Source: Macrostomum lignano (lineage: Eukaryota). From it: 64,000 nucleotides of DNA. Within the stretch, counting starts at the first letter, position 1. The number at the start of each line of letters is the position of its first letter. Below are positions 31,651 through 57,870 of the stretch, one piece after another. A program made the position numbers and the translations under genes. Under the pieces are notes generated by a model, which ran no database searches, was not told the origin of the DNA, and saw only the letters and a list, made by a program, of their open reading frames with translations. The DNA lies in NCBI GenBank assembly GCA_002269645.1, contig NIVC01001051.1:186001-250000 (forward strand). Reading direction: 5' to 3'.

Positions 31651-34600
31651 ATCGCTGCGGCAAGCTGGCGGCCTCTGAGAGCCACGACGGAATCGGCAGT
31701 CAGCCGGCGGAGCTGACAGAAGACGATGCAGCGGCGTCAACTTCGGCTGAGGCGGCGGCGCCTGAAGAGACCGCCGACTCGGCTGGCAACAGCCGCGAGA
31801 AGGCCAGCATATTTGTAGCGTACAGCCCGGAGGCTGATTTCCTAGAGAAGCGCTTCATCGCCCGCCTGGTGAAGGAGCTCAAGGCCGTTGGCCTGGCTGA
31901 CAGCGTCTGGTTCGACAAAGACGAAGGCCTCTTCGAGAGCAGCGCCTGGGTGGCCTGCAGCCTGGAGGCGGCCGAGAAGTGCTTCGCCGCTGTGCTGTTC
32001 CTGTCCGAGTCCTTCTTCTCCAGCCGGCTGGCGCTGCACACCATGCGCACCCTGGCGGAGCGGCTGCACGACAATCGTGCCTCGCTGCATCTGTTCGCCG
32101 TACTGCTCGACGCCGAAGGTCAAAGCGGCCTCGAGCGCCAGTGTCCCCCAATCCTGGCCGAGGCGATACGGCGCGGCGACGGCGATGCGTCAGCGGCGTC
32201 GCTGGTCGACATTGCCGAATCGCGTCGCCGCGGAGCGGCCGAGTATGAGCTGATTGCCCAGTGCTCAGCCAGACTGGCGCCCCAGCTGGAGCGATTCGCC
32301 ACCGACTTCCGGCCGCTGCTGCCGGAGCCGCTGCTGGCGCCGGGCTACACCGGACAGTTCGCCAGCAAGCGCTTCCTGGCCTGGACTGTCAACGATCTGC
32401 AGGAGTGGCTGCACAGTCTGGACATTCGCGAGTTCTACAGGCAGCAGTTTGCCGAGCAGGGAGTGGACGGCTTCCTGGCCTACAGCCTGACGGACGCTGA
32501 CCTGGCCGGCTCCCTTCGGGTGGACGTGCAGCTGTCTAGGAAGAAGCTGACGAGAGAGATTCTGAACCGCCTGCAGGCTGAGCAGCGTGACAGCTGGAGC
32601 GGCCGGTGCCGCCTGACGAAGCCGCGCCCCGGCTGCGTTTTTCTCGTCTGCGATCCGCGCCGGGACGCCAAAACTCGGGACGCGTTGAAACTCGCGCTAG
32701 AGCGTCGCCGAGTTCGCGTTAGCCACGTTGAAGAGCTCGACGAGTCCAGGGACGACTTTCTGCGCAAGAACGGGCCCGCCATGGCCGCCTGCGGTCACGT
32801 GCTGGTGCTGCTCACCGAGCACAGCCCGAGATCGGCGGTGTTCTACCACTGCGTGATGTTCGCCGAATGGTTGGGCCGTCGGGTTATCGTGCTGTTCCTC
32901 ACCAACTGCTGGTTTCAGCTGCGGCCGGCGTTGCGGGCTCTGCTGTGTGAGTTGCTTTGTTGCCTGTGAGTGGTGTGTCGGCCTGGCTGGGTCTTGATGT
33001 TGCCACGAAATTGGCACAGCTCAGAAACCCCCATCAGATTCTGTGAGTCAGTGGAGACGGCAGAGGAGCTCAATGGTAAACGCAACGCGACCCTGCCTGA
33101 CGATTAGAAAGTCAAAGGGCCGTTTTACACCCTGTGTGAGCGTGTGTGTGCGTGCCCGCGTACAGTCGACGCAAGCAAACAATGTATTTGCGTACTAACC
33201 GTCTCCTGATCTGCTTAACTTTACGATGGCAAGCATCTTTAAGGCATTAGAAGGCTGTTCGCATTTTATTCTCCCTGTAGTTATATAATCTGTAATCCTT
33301 GTCTCATCCCCTGCATTTGCCTTTGTCCGTTTTGATTTGTTTCGACTGAAATCAAAGTGTCAATGCCAATTGTATGTTGGCATGTCAACCATTTGCAGGC
33401 GCTGCTTCAGCAAATACAAGAAATAGATACTGTGGAAAGGATTAATTGCGCGGCCCAAATTCTCAAGTTGCTTGCACCACTGACCCCCCCCTTTGGGCCA
33501 TAGACAATAAAAAGCAATTCTTCAACAGCTCGATTCTTCCGCTAAGAATTTAGCTTGGGCCATAGACAATGAAAAGCAATTCTTCAACAGCTCGATTCTT
33601 CCGCTAAGAATTTAGCTTGGGCCATAGACAATAAAAAGCAATTCTTCAACAGCTCGATTCTTCCGCTAAGAATTTAGCTTGGGCCATAGACAATGAAAAG
33701 CAATTCTTCAACAGCTCGATTCTTCCGCTAAGAATTTAGCTTGGGCCATAGACAATGAAAAGCAATTCTTCAACAGCTCGATTCTTCCGCTAAGAATTTA
33801 GCTTGGGCCATAGACAATGAAAAGCAATTCTTCAACAGCTCGATTCTTCCGCTAAGGACGAAACCGTTCGCTCCTGGGCTCAAATTTGCTGGGAAAATGC
33901 AATATAGTCTGTGGTAACCCCCCCCCCCGATGTCAGGCGGGTAACTTGGCATATATGACAGGGGAACAAATTGCACTTCTTCCATATCAAGTTTTGTCTA
34001 TGGCCAATCCCACTCCAAACCGCATTCCCACCCAGAAAGCTCACATCGAGGTTGAAAGTGATGCCTAAGTACACTTTTTTACCTCCTATTTTGAACGTGA
34101 AACGTCTAGCTCCTGTCCTCAAGTAGGAGAGGGTTTTCCTTTCAAGTTAAATCGGTTAGCAACACGCAGGTTTGTCATGGGGATATGGTAGCAAAGTCTA
34201 CGAGCATGTTGCATATTGCTTGCAGAAAGTCGATCAAGACAAACACTCCTACGGGTGCATCTTAACGTCATTCAGATGATGTTCCTTTGCCTCATTCTCT
34301 TCTTTCAGACGATGCCCAAGGCTTGGATTTCAGCGGCCAGCCGGTGGCGGACAGCTTGGACGAGCTCGGCTCGGCCATAGTGGCGCCCGAGCGGACTCAC
34401 CCAGCCGTGGTACTTGAGCAGAGCTATGTGCGCAAGCTGGCCAGAAAGCTGCCACCTGCTGGCTACCTGGCGCACACCTCCGGTGAGCCGATGTACTCTT
34501 GCTGGGTTGTGAGAGCTGGTAGAGAAAGAGATCGTATGTGCATCTCCATTGACATTCACTACAACTTTGAAGCGACATTGGCTTTGTTTATTAATTTCTT

Positions 34601-35710
34601 TGCAATTTTATTGGCTTGAAATCGCTTCTAGTTATTCTCTATAAAATTATACTTCTTTATACTTTTTGTAATAATTTATTGTAGATTGGGATGGAGATAC
34701 GCTAAGCTAATCCGACCTCTATAATTGGTCGCAAAATGTATAATGGACTGATTGATTATTTGATTGATTGATTGATTAATTACGAGCGTAATTGATTGGT
34801 TGCTTGATTGATGGATTGCTTGATAGATAGATAGATAGATTGATTGATTGACTGATTGTTAGACTAATTTCGTGATTGATTGATTGATTGATTAATTAAT
34901 TGATTGATTGATTGATTGATTGGTTAATCAATTGATTGAATAAATAATTGATTAATTCATTGATTGATGGATTGATTAAATAATTAATTTATTGACTGAT
35001 TGATTGATTGATTGACTGATTGATTGATTAATTGATTGATAAATTGATTGATTGATTGATTAATTGATTGATAAATTGATTGATTGATTGATTAATTACG
35101 AGCGTAATTGATTGGTTGCTTGATTGATGGATTGCTTGATAGATAGATAGATAGATTGGTTGATTGACTGATTGTTAGACTAATTTCGTGATTGATTGAT
35201 TGATTGATAAATTAAATGATTGATTGATTGATTGATTGGTTAATCAATCAATTGATTGAAAAAATAATTGATTAATTCATTGATTGATGGATTGATTAAA
35301 TAATTAATTTATTGACTGATTGATTGATTGATTGACTGATTGATTGATTAATTGATTGATAAATTGATTGATTGATTGATTAATTGATTGATAAATTGAT
35401 TGATTGATTGATTAATTACGAGCGTAATTGATTGGTTGCTTGATTGATGGATTGCTTGATAGATAGATAGATTGATTGATTGATTGGCTGATTGTTAGAC
35501 TAATTTCGTGATTGATTGATTGATTGATTAATTAATTGATTGATTGATTGGTTATTCAATTGATTGAATAAATAATTGATTAATTCATTGATTGATGGAT
35601 TGATTAAATAATTAATTTATTGACTGATTGATTGATGGATTGACTGATTGATTGATTAATTGATTGATAAATTGATTGATTGACTGATTGATTGATTAAT
35701 TGATTGATAA

Positions 35711-35743
<33 letters not shown>

Positions 35744-38700
35744 CTGATTTGATTGATCGCGTGCCTTCCTCCCCGCTGGCTGCGGATCGCCAACCAGACG
35801 CTACTGTAAAGTACATCCAACAACCACAATCACCGAACAAATCAAATTTCAATTGGAACTTCACAGCCGAGCTCTTCATGCACTACCTGATGGACTATGA
35901 AGCGTGGCTGAGACGCGAGTCCAGCTCGACGCCCCCTGACCCACCGAAAGCCCAATGACCTTGTTTGGTTTTTTTATATCAACACAGAAAATGCCTATAA
36001 AAGATCTTTAATTTTATTGACTCTATCCTTCTTTATTTATACGTGTGCGTGACCTGTCTCTCATTATTAGACTTTTGTTTTCCATGAACTTGCACCCCCC
36101 CCCTAATAGAAAGCGCCATTAACTCTCGGAGCAATTGAGTGGCAAGTGTGACTTCAGCGTTGGAAAATTTATAATCGAAATTTTGTTTCTAATCCAAGAA
36201 GTAATTTTTGACTAGTGGTGTTTCATGTATTGTGCCAGTATGTCAGATAGAATCTGTCAGCAATGATAGGATGTCAGATAGAATCTGTCAGCAACGATAG
36301 GATGTCAGATAGAATCTGTCAGCAATGATAGGATGTCAGATAGAATCTGTCAGCAATGATAGGATGTCAGATAGAATCTGTCAGCAACGATAGGATGTCA
36401 GATAGAATCTGTCAGCAATGATAGAATGTCAGATAGAATCTGTCAGCATTGATAGGATGTCAGATAGAATCTGTCAGCAATGAAAGGATGTCAGATAGAA
36501 TCTGTCAGCAATGATAGGATGTCAGATAGAATCTGTCAGCAATGATAGGATGTCAGATAGAATCTGTCAGCAATGAAAGGATGTCAGATAGAATCTGTCA
36601 GCAATGAAAGGATGTCAGATAGAATCTTTCAGCAATGAAAGGATGTCAGATAGAATCTGTCAGCAATGAAAGGATGTCAGATAGAATCTGTCAGCAATGA
36701 TAGGATGTCAGATAGAATCTGTCAGCAATGAAAGGATGTCAGATAGAATCTGTCAGCAACGATAGGATGTCAGATAGAATCTGTCAGCAATGATAGGATG
36801 TCAGATAGAATCTGTCAGCAATGATAGGATGTCAGATAGAATCTGTCAGCAACGATAGGATGTCAGATAGAATCTGTCAGCAATGAAAGGATGTCAGATA
36901 GAATCTGTCAGCAATGATAGGATGTCAGATAGAATCTGTCAGCAATGATAGGATGTCAGATAGAATCTGTCAGCAACGATAGGATGTCAGATAGAATCTG
37001 TCAGCAATGATAGGATGTCAGATAGAATCTGTCAGCAATGATAGGATGTCAGATAGAATCTGTCAGCAATGAAAGGATGTCAGATAGAATCTGTCAGCAA
37101 TGATAGGATGTCAGATAGAATCTGTCAGCAATGAAAGGATGTCAGATAGAATCTGTCAGCAACGATAGGATGTCAGATAGAATCTGTCAGCAATGATAGG
37201 ATGTCAGATAGAATCTGTCAGCAACGATAGGATGTCAGATAGAATCTGTCAGCAACGATAGGATGTCAGATAGAATCTGTCAGCAATGATAGAATGTCAG
37301 ATAGAATCTGTCAGCATTGATAGGATGTCAGATAGAATCTGTCAGCAATGAAAGGATGTCAGATAGAATCTGTCAGCAATGAAAGGATGTCAGATAGAAT
37401 CTGTCAGCAATGAAAGGATGTCAGATAGAATCTGTCAGCAATGAAAGGATGTCAGATAGAATCTGTCAGCAATGAAAGGATGTCAGATAGAATCTGTCAG
37501 CAATGAAAGGATGTCAGATAGAATCTGTCAGCAATGAAAGGATGTCAGATAGAATCTGTCAGCAATGATAGGATGTCAGATAGAATCTGTCAGCAATGAT
37601 AAGGATGTCAGATAGAATCTGTCAGTTATGATAGAATGTCAGATAGAATCTGTCAGCAATGATAGGATGTCAGATAGAATCTGTCAGCAATGATAGGATA
37701 TCAGATAGAATCTGTCAGCATTGATAGGATATCAGATAGAATCTGTCAGCAATCATAGGATATGTCAGATAGAATCTGTCAGCAATGATAGGATGTCAGA
37801 GCCGTGTAACATTGAAAGATGTGATGTCATGGCCACAATGACATGCAGTTGTTTTGCCTAGACTCTTACCAACCCGTTATGCAAGCTGGAACAACTCTGC
37901 AATCCAACATGGCAACGCTGCCGAACTTCTTCGCAGCCCCTGCGCGCAGTTTGGACTCTGCTGCATCATCCAGCCAGTCGCAGCAGCCTGACCCAGCCTC
38001 TCCTGGCTTCATCAGGACTCGAACCGGTACGCAGCTCAGCTTGGCACCATCAGTGCCCAGCCAGCAGCATCAGCAGCCCGCCGTGTTCATCTCCTATCAC
38101 TGGGACTCCACCGAGGCCGTGCTGGAGCTGAAGCGATTCCTGATTGCCCACGCAATCCGAGTGCAGCTGGACACCGACAAGAGTCCTGATGAGGGTAGCA
38201 TGAAGGTAATTGGAGTGACTTGATAGCTCAGCTTTGCCAATAAATTGAATAGCACTTCACTGCATGCGACACTCTGCATGCTATCACTTTCTTTGTAAAC
38301 CCCGTTGACCCTCTCGTCACGGCCATTCACGCCCATGAAGGCCAACCCTAAGGCGCGACCCTCGCGTTTCGTGGAAAATGTTTTGAAGGCCACTTTTCGC
38401 CGAAAAAAACACTACAGAGATAGGAGGTTTTCGTTTTTCAGCACAAAAATTGTTCGTTAGGTTAGGTTCACAAAATTAGGATTCTATGTTAATTTTATAT
38501 TCTACGTACATTTTCTGCACCTAAATACTCGTATCATTAAAATGATATTCAGCACAACTCGACTCTTTGGTTTTATGAAGCTATTTTATCATATCTGTTA
38601 CACATATTGCTACATAGCCAGCTAAGAATGACAAAATACTCGTAGAATCATAACGAGTTTTTAGGCACAGGACATGTGCAATTGTACGTAGAATAAGAAT

Positions 38701-39947
38701 TGAACATTGAATCCTAGTTTTCTGAACGAAAAGCTTTATGAATATCAATAGAGTTATAAGAAAGGCACAACATATCAAAAGAAGAACATTGGGTCTGCCT
38801 CCTATCAAAGGAATAACAGTTTTAGTGCTGAAAATATGAGAACTTCCCATCTCCGTAGTGTATTTTTCGGTGAAAAGTGGCCTTCAAAACATTCTCCATT
38901 GATTTAGTGTTGCGTCTTACTTATTCAACAGCGCGCTTCTTTAGTGTTTTAGCCTACGTTTCTTGCCAATACAAAATCATTCACAAGGGTTTTACAGCCA
39001 CTGCACAAAAAAACTAAAAAATAATTGGAAAGTTAGAGTCATTAAGTTAATGCCAGCAATTACAGTTAGTCAAATCAGAAGCTTTTGTTTATTCGCTTAG
39101 AAATCAACTCCATCATAGCTGTCGTAAAAAATCACAGTTCAATGTTTTTTCACCTCGCTGCTTTCTGGCAAACTTTCGACTTTTTTATTTTGCAGATCAT
39201 GAAAGGCGTTCGTGACGACGGCAGTCGAAAGGTTGGCAACCAAATTTGGTGTTTCTTTTAGAGCTGCACTTTATAATAAGCGCGTGCGGACTGCTGTGTA
39301 ACTAATAATTAATTTGAGGGTAATCCTTCGGTTAGAGTACATCAGATAAAATATTAACTGAGTGTGCTAAGCCGAGTGCCAGATGAGTGTGCTAAACTGA
39401 GTGCCAGATGAGTGTGCTAAGCTGAGTGCCAGATGAGAGTGAAAAAAACTGAGTGCCAGATGAGTGTGCCAAACTGAGTGCCAGATGAGTGTGCCAAACT
39501 GAGTGCCAGATGAGTGTGCCAAACCGAGTGCCAGATGAGGGTGCCAACAAAGGTTCTGCATGTAAATGAACTAAAACCCTTGCTTGCTAAATGCTTTGCC
39601 TCCCTATTACTAGATATCCCTCAATTTCCCATCCATTGAAAAACATTCCACAGGTGTTCATTGAAAAAGCTATGCGCGACTGTCACTGCGTTCTGCTGGC
39701 CGTCACGCCAAAATATCTGCGCAGCGAGAACTGCCAGTCGGATATTGAAGCCGCCTACAGGCAGCGCAGGCCGCTGCTGCCGGTGCTGCTGACCTTCTGC
39801 GCCTGGCCGCCCGACTCCAGCTGCGCCGCCGGACTGCGCAAACGGCTGGCCGCGATTCCGGCCATAGACATCGGGAGCGAGCGGCTGGCCAAGAAGAATC
39901 TGGCTCGGCTGGTGCAGCGGGTGCAGCAGATCTCCGGGCCGCCTTGA
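31651..39947 (+). CDS. TIR-SAM-TIR-(linker)-TIR protein, >=700 aa, 5' exon not identified; join(31651-32946,34309-34482,37862-38205,39654-39947)
   Basis: TIR1: IFVAYSPE...VWFDKDE...AVLFLSESFFSS. SAM: WTVNDLQEWLHSLDIREFYRQQFAEQGVDGFLAYSLTDADL. TIR2: VFLVCD...HVLVLLTEHS...VIVLFL. TIR3: VFISYHWD...VQLD...CVLLAVTPKYLRSENC...PLLPVLL. Splice phases 1,1,0 are consistent. Confidence 0.82.
33493..33855. repeat. 62-bp tandem repeat, ~6 copies
   Basis: ttgggccatagacaatRaaaagcaattcttcaacagctcgattcttccgctaagaatttagc every 62 bp. Confidence 0.95.
34740..35757. repeat. Degenerate (GATT)n microsatellite with higher-order duplications
   Basis: Repeating unit; the block ttacgagcgtaattgattggttgc recurs three times. 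Confidence 0.92.
35798..35958 (+). CDS. Candidate alternative terminal exon of the TIR-SAM gene (short isoform)
   Basis: ccag| acceptor in phase 1, the same phase as the 37862 acceptor; reads DATVKYIQQ...FMHYLMDYEAWLRRES...KAQ*. Confidence 0.45.
36241..37800. repeat. 31-bp minisatellite (gatgtcagatagaatctgtcagcaatgatag), ~50 copies
   Basis: Homogeneous array. Confidence 0.97.
38372..38898. mobile_element. ~527-bp MITE-like element with ~50-bp imperfect TIRs, in a TIR-gene intron
   Basis: Left end tggaaaatgttttgaaggccacttttcgccgaaaaaaacactacagagatagga; the right end is its near reverse complement (..cccatctccgtagtgtatttttcggtgaaaagtggccttcaaaacattctcca). No coding capacity; TSD not evident. 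Confidence 0.78.
39360..39545. repeat. 25-bp minisatellite (ctgagtgccagatgagtgtgctaaa)
   Basis: About 7 copies. Confidence 0.85.
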
Positions 39948-39949
39948 TT

Positions 39950-41080
<1,131 letters not shown>

Positions 41081-41444
41081 TGATTAATTTTTTTACGTTT
41101 CGGCTCATCAATTGATATATTTTTTATTCACTTTTGATTCACAACTTTACCTACAGAGTTTTCTTTGCTTTGAAAAAAAATTCAAAAAGAGCTTCACCGT
41201 CAAAATATTTATAAATTCAAGCTGAGAAATTAAATTATAAACAAATGTTCTCCGGTTGCCTCTCTTTGCTTTGAGCTGATATTTGAACCCAAGACACAAA
41301 GCAGGTTTACAGATTGCAATGTATTTACTTTGGTAAATTATTTCTTGAGCTTAAATCCTTCGTGCGACGGGGAAAAGATTTGCATTCATTTAGGATCGCG
41401 TGGATGGCTGGCGCTCAAAGAAAACAAACGTTGACCTTTGACGT

Positions 41445-42395
41445 ACTAACTCTCCCTCCCAACTCTCCCTCTTAACTCTCCCTCTTAACTCTCCCTCCCA
41501 ACTCTGCCTCTCAACTCTGCCTCTCAACTCTGCCTCTCAACTCTGCCTCTCAACTCTCCCTCTCAACTCTCCCTCTCAACTCTCCCTCTCAACTCTCCCT
41601 CTCAACTCTCCCTCTCAACTCTCCCTCCCAACTCTCCCTCTTAACTCTCCCTCTTAACTCTCCCTCCCAACTCTGCCTCTCAACTCTCCCTCTCAACTCT
41701 GCCTCTCAACTCTGCCTCTCAACTCTCCCTCTCAACTCTCCCTCTCAACTCTCCCTCTCAACTCTCCCTCTCAACTCTCCCTCTCAACTCTCCCTCTCAA
41801 CTCTCCCTCTCAACTCTGCCTCTCAACTCTCCCTCTCAACTCTGCCTCTCAACTCTGCCTCTCAACTCTGCCTCTCAACTCTGCCTCTCAACTCTCCCTC
41901 TCAACTCTCCCTCTCAACTCTCCCTCTCAACTCTCCCTCTCAACTCTCCATCTCAACTCTGCCTCTCAACTCTGCCTCTCAACTCTGCCTCTCAACTCTC
42001 CCTCTCAACTCTGCCTCTCAACTCTGCCTCTCAACTCTCCCTCTCAACTCTGCCTCTCAACTCTGCCTCTCAACTCTCCCTCTCAACTCTCCCTCTCAAC
42101 TCTCCCTCTCAACTCTCCCTCTCAACTCTCCCTCTCAACTCTCCCTCTCAACTCTCCATCTCAACTCTGCCTCTCAACTCTGCCTCTCAACTCTCCCTCT
42201 CAACTCTCCCTCTCAACTCTCCCTCTCAACTCTCCCTCTCAACTCTGCCTCTCAACTCTGCCTCTCAACTCTCCCTCTCAACTCTCCCTCTCAACTCTGC
42301 CTCTCAACTCTGCCTCTCAACTCTCCCTCTCAACTCTCCCTCTCAACTCTCCCTCTCAACTCTCCCTCTCAACTCTCCCTCTCAACTCTCCCTCT
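41445..42395. repeat. 13-bp minisatellite (caactctScctct)
   Basis: Repeating unit visible. Confidence 0.95.
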
Positions 42396-42884
42396 TTGGA
42401 CTCGCAACTCAAGCCTGCTCGAATCATGCTCGTGTTTTGCTACTTTATTAATTATTGTATTATCAATGAATTGTATTAAAAGCACTCTTTATAGGTGCAT
42501 ATAAAATTTTTCACCAAATTAACTCAAATGGCAATGTCATTTCGATTAGGACCGAGCCGTTTCTCTTCTATGCAAATACTGTTAATAATATAATTCAAGC
42601 TACTCACTTCTGATCAGCCCAGACTATAAAAGATAGGAAATGATATCTTCTAGATTTTGAAGCCAGAGCTTCACCAGCTGCTCTGGTTGGCTAACCTCTG
42701 CCAGCCAATACTCAACTTCCTGCTCAAACAAAGATGTTGCAGACTCTGAATGAAAAGAGCGGAGGGTCGGTTTTCTTGACAAAATCTCGACTGCTCGAAA
42801 TTCGCAAGTCTGCAACGCTTCTTGGCACCAGACTCTCAGGTAAGCTGTTTGTACAGTCAGAATAGTTCACAACTTCAATCTCTA

Positions 42885-43305
42885 ATCTCCAATCTTTAAT
42901 CTCCAATCTCCGAGTTCAAATATCGAATATCCAATCTCCAATCTCTAATCTCTAATCTCAAATATCGAATCTAAAACCTCCAATCTCCAATCTCTTATCT
43001 CTAATCTCTAATCTCAAGCCTCCAACCTTCAATCTCTAATCCACAATCTCTAATCTCAAACCTTCAATCTCCAATTTCTAATCTCCAATCTCTAATCTCA
43101 AACCTTCAATCTCCAATTTCTAATCTCAAATTTCAAATCTCAAACCTTCGATCTCCAATTTCTAATCTCAAATTTCAAATCTCAAACCTTCAATCTCCAA
43201 TCTCTAATCTCCAATCTCTAATCTCAAACCTCCAATCTTCAATCTCCAATCTCCCATCTCCAATCTCTAATATCTTATCTCTAATCTCCGAGTTCCAATC
43301 TCCAG
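42885..43305. repeat. Degenerate 7-bp repeat (aatctct/aatctcc)
   Basis: Repeating unit visible. Confidence 0.8.
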
Positions 43306-43525
43306 TCTAAAGACATGCTCATGCAAGCCTCATCATCATTTGTAAGACTCATAGCTGAAGCATTCCTTTTGATAAGACAGCTAGTCTTTATTCTTCAAGA
43401 ATTGTGAACTGAAAGAATGAGGCAGACGGAAGGAAAGCCTTGCAGAGATGAAGTTTCCGCCAAACCATTCCAGTTTTGTCGCAGAAGCTCTTGAAGCGCA
43501 ATAAGACACTCGGAACGGGTGCAGC

Positions 43526-55593
<12,068 letters not shown>

Positions 55594-55805
55594 CGTGCCG
55601 GGACGCTGCCGCTACGCACTGCCGCCCTGTGTCACCTTTTACTCGCACGACTTTACTAGTTAGTGAAACTAACTCGTACTAATGTATACAATTTGGCAAT
55701 ATAGAAAGTTTTTATTTTTCTGCGGACACTTAATCACTGTTGTTGCCAGTTATTTTCTCTTTTTTTCTGAAATGAGTCACCTTTCTCAACTCTCTCAAAA
55801 AAGTA

Positions 55806-56375
55806 GTCCCTGGTTCCAGGATGGTTCCAGGTGTCCCTGGTTCCAGGTGTCCCTGGTTCCAGGTGTCCCTGGTTCAAGGTGTCCCTGGTTCAAGGTGTCC
55901 CTGGTTCCAGGTGTCCCTGGTTCCAGGTGTCCCTGGTTCAAGGTGTCCCTGGTTCCAGGTGTCCCTGGTTCAAGGTGTCCCTGGTTCCAGGTGTCCCTGG
56001 TTCAAGGTGTCCCTGGTTCCAGGTGTCCCTGGTTCCAGGTGTCCCTGGTTCCAGGTGTCCCTGGTTCCAGGTGTCCCTGGTTCAAGGTGTCCCTGGTTCC
56101 AGGTGTCCCTGGTTCCAGGTGTCCCTGGTTCAAGGTGTCCCTGGTTCCAGGTGTCCCTGGTTCCAGGTGTCCCTGGTTCCAGGTGTCCCTGGTTCCAGGT
56201 GTCCCTGGTTCCAAGTGTCCCTGGTTCCAAGTGTCCCTGGTTCCAGGTGTCCCTGGTTCAAGGTGTCCCTGGTTCCAGGTGTCCCTGGTTCCAGGTGTCC
56301 CTGGTTCCAGGTGTCCCTGGTTCCAGGTGTCCCTGGTTCCAGGTGTCCCTGGTTCCAGGTGTCCCTGGTTCCAGG
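55806..56375. repeat. 16-bp minisatellite (gtccctggttcMaggt)
   Basis: Homogeneous array downstream of DUR3. Confidence 0.95.
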
Positions 56376-57239
56376 TTGATTGATAAGCGCTATCACCTTG
56401 AGATGCGCTACTTGCGGTGTTTTTGTCTGTTGTCATGGTTTTGTCGCAAATTTTATAAAGTTCGTGATTTTCTTTCCAATTAATAATATTGCACCTGCAC
56501 TGCAAATCCTAAGTGTGTTTATTACGTGCCAGTGCCGTACTTGCAGTGTATTACCTGCACGTTATAACAGTTTAATCATTACTGTCGATCTCTGTCAATA
56601 ACGCGATATTACAAATATGAGCTATATCTGATCCAATTTCATTGATTTCTTGCTGCGTTCCGACATAAATAGAAGCAACTTTGATGTTAATAGCGTCTGT
56701 GTTGTAATAAACTTCTTGTGTCACAAATATCCACTATTTCTCACCTATAAAGCAATTTCATTGTTCTCTAACTATTCCTACCTTTGCAACAGAATTGCGT
56801 CGCAATCGTAACGCTCTACTTTTACTCTGTTATCAGTAGGCAGTATCGAGCAGGCCACTATTCAATAACCGGATAAAAATGAAAAAAAGGCAGTGTTTTC
56901 ACTGGTGTATAAATAGATGCTATGCAGTCAGTGCTGCACTGAACTTAATTGAAATATATTTAATACAAATAATATTAAAATGGCATTTGTTCAAGTTCCC
57001 TCATTGAAAATACAACCAATGGATGATATGATGGAATTTTACGGTGCCTATGATTTCCATCATCAGGTGCACTTTATATTCGAAAGCATTTACCAAATGA
57101 GCCAACGGGATGAATACTAAACCAATCCTTGCTGGAATAAAAGCTTTTTTTAGAGAAAAATTTCTTATCTCTGGCTGACAAGCAAGTTAGTAAGCAGTTT
57201 ACGTGTATTTGCAGAGCACGCATCAGTGCGCGGAGCTCT

Positions 57240-57860
57240 AGTACAAAAGTACAAGAGTACAAGAGTACAAGAGTACAAGAGTAAAGGAGTACAAGAGTAC
57301 AAGAGTACAAGAGTACAAGAGTACAAGAGTAAAGGAGTACAAGAGTGCTAGAGTACAAGAGTAAAAGGGCACAAGGGTACAAGAGTACAAGAGTACAAGA
57401 GTACAAGAGTACAAGAAAACAAGAGTACAAGAGTACAAGAAAACAAGAGTACAAGAGTACAAGAAAACAAGAGTACAAGAGTTCTAGAGTTCAAGAGTAC
57501 AAGAGTAAGAGTACAAGAGTATAAGAGTACAAGAGTACAAGAGTACAAGAGTACAAGAGTACAAGAATTCTAGAGTTCAAGAGTACAAGAGTAAGAGTAC
57601 AAGAGTATAAGAATTCTAGAGTTCAAGAGTACAAGAGTAAGAGTACAAGAGTATAAGAGTACAAGAGTACAAGAGTGCTAGATTACGAGAGTACAAGAGT
57701 ACAAGAGTACAAGATACAAGAGTACAAGGGTACAAAAGTACAAGAGTGCAAGAGTACAAGAGTACAAGAATACAAGAGTACAAGAGTACAAGAGTGCAAG
57801 AGTACAAGAGTACAAGAGTACAAGAGTACAAGAGTGCAAGAGTACTAGAGTACAATAGTA
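57240..57860. repeat. 8-bp repeat (agagtaca)n
   Basis: Abuts the stop codon of the minus-strand orphan gene. Confidence 0.93.
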
Positions 57861-57870
57861 CAAGCGCTGG

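Noticed and set aside
42735-42840. Short ORF ending in a strong CAG|gtaagc donor upstream of DUR3
   Set aside because: It cannot be joined in frame to the DUR3 ATG exon; at most a 5' UTR exon or uORF.
55682-56505. PGVPGSRCPWFQVSLV-repeat ORFs resembling structural proteins
   Set aside because: A 16-bp minisatellite open in several frames, lying downstream of the DUR3 stop.
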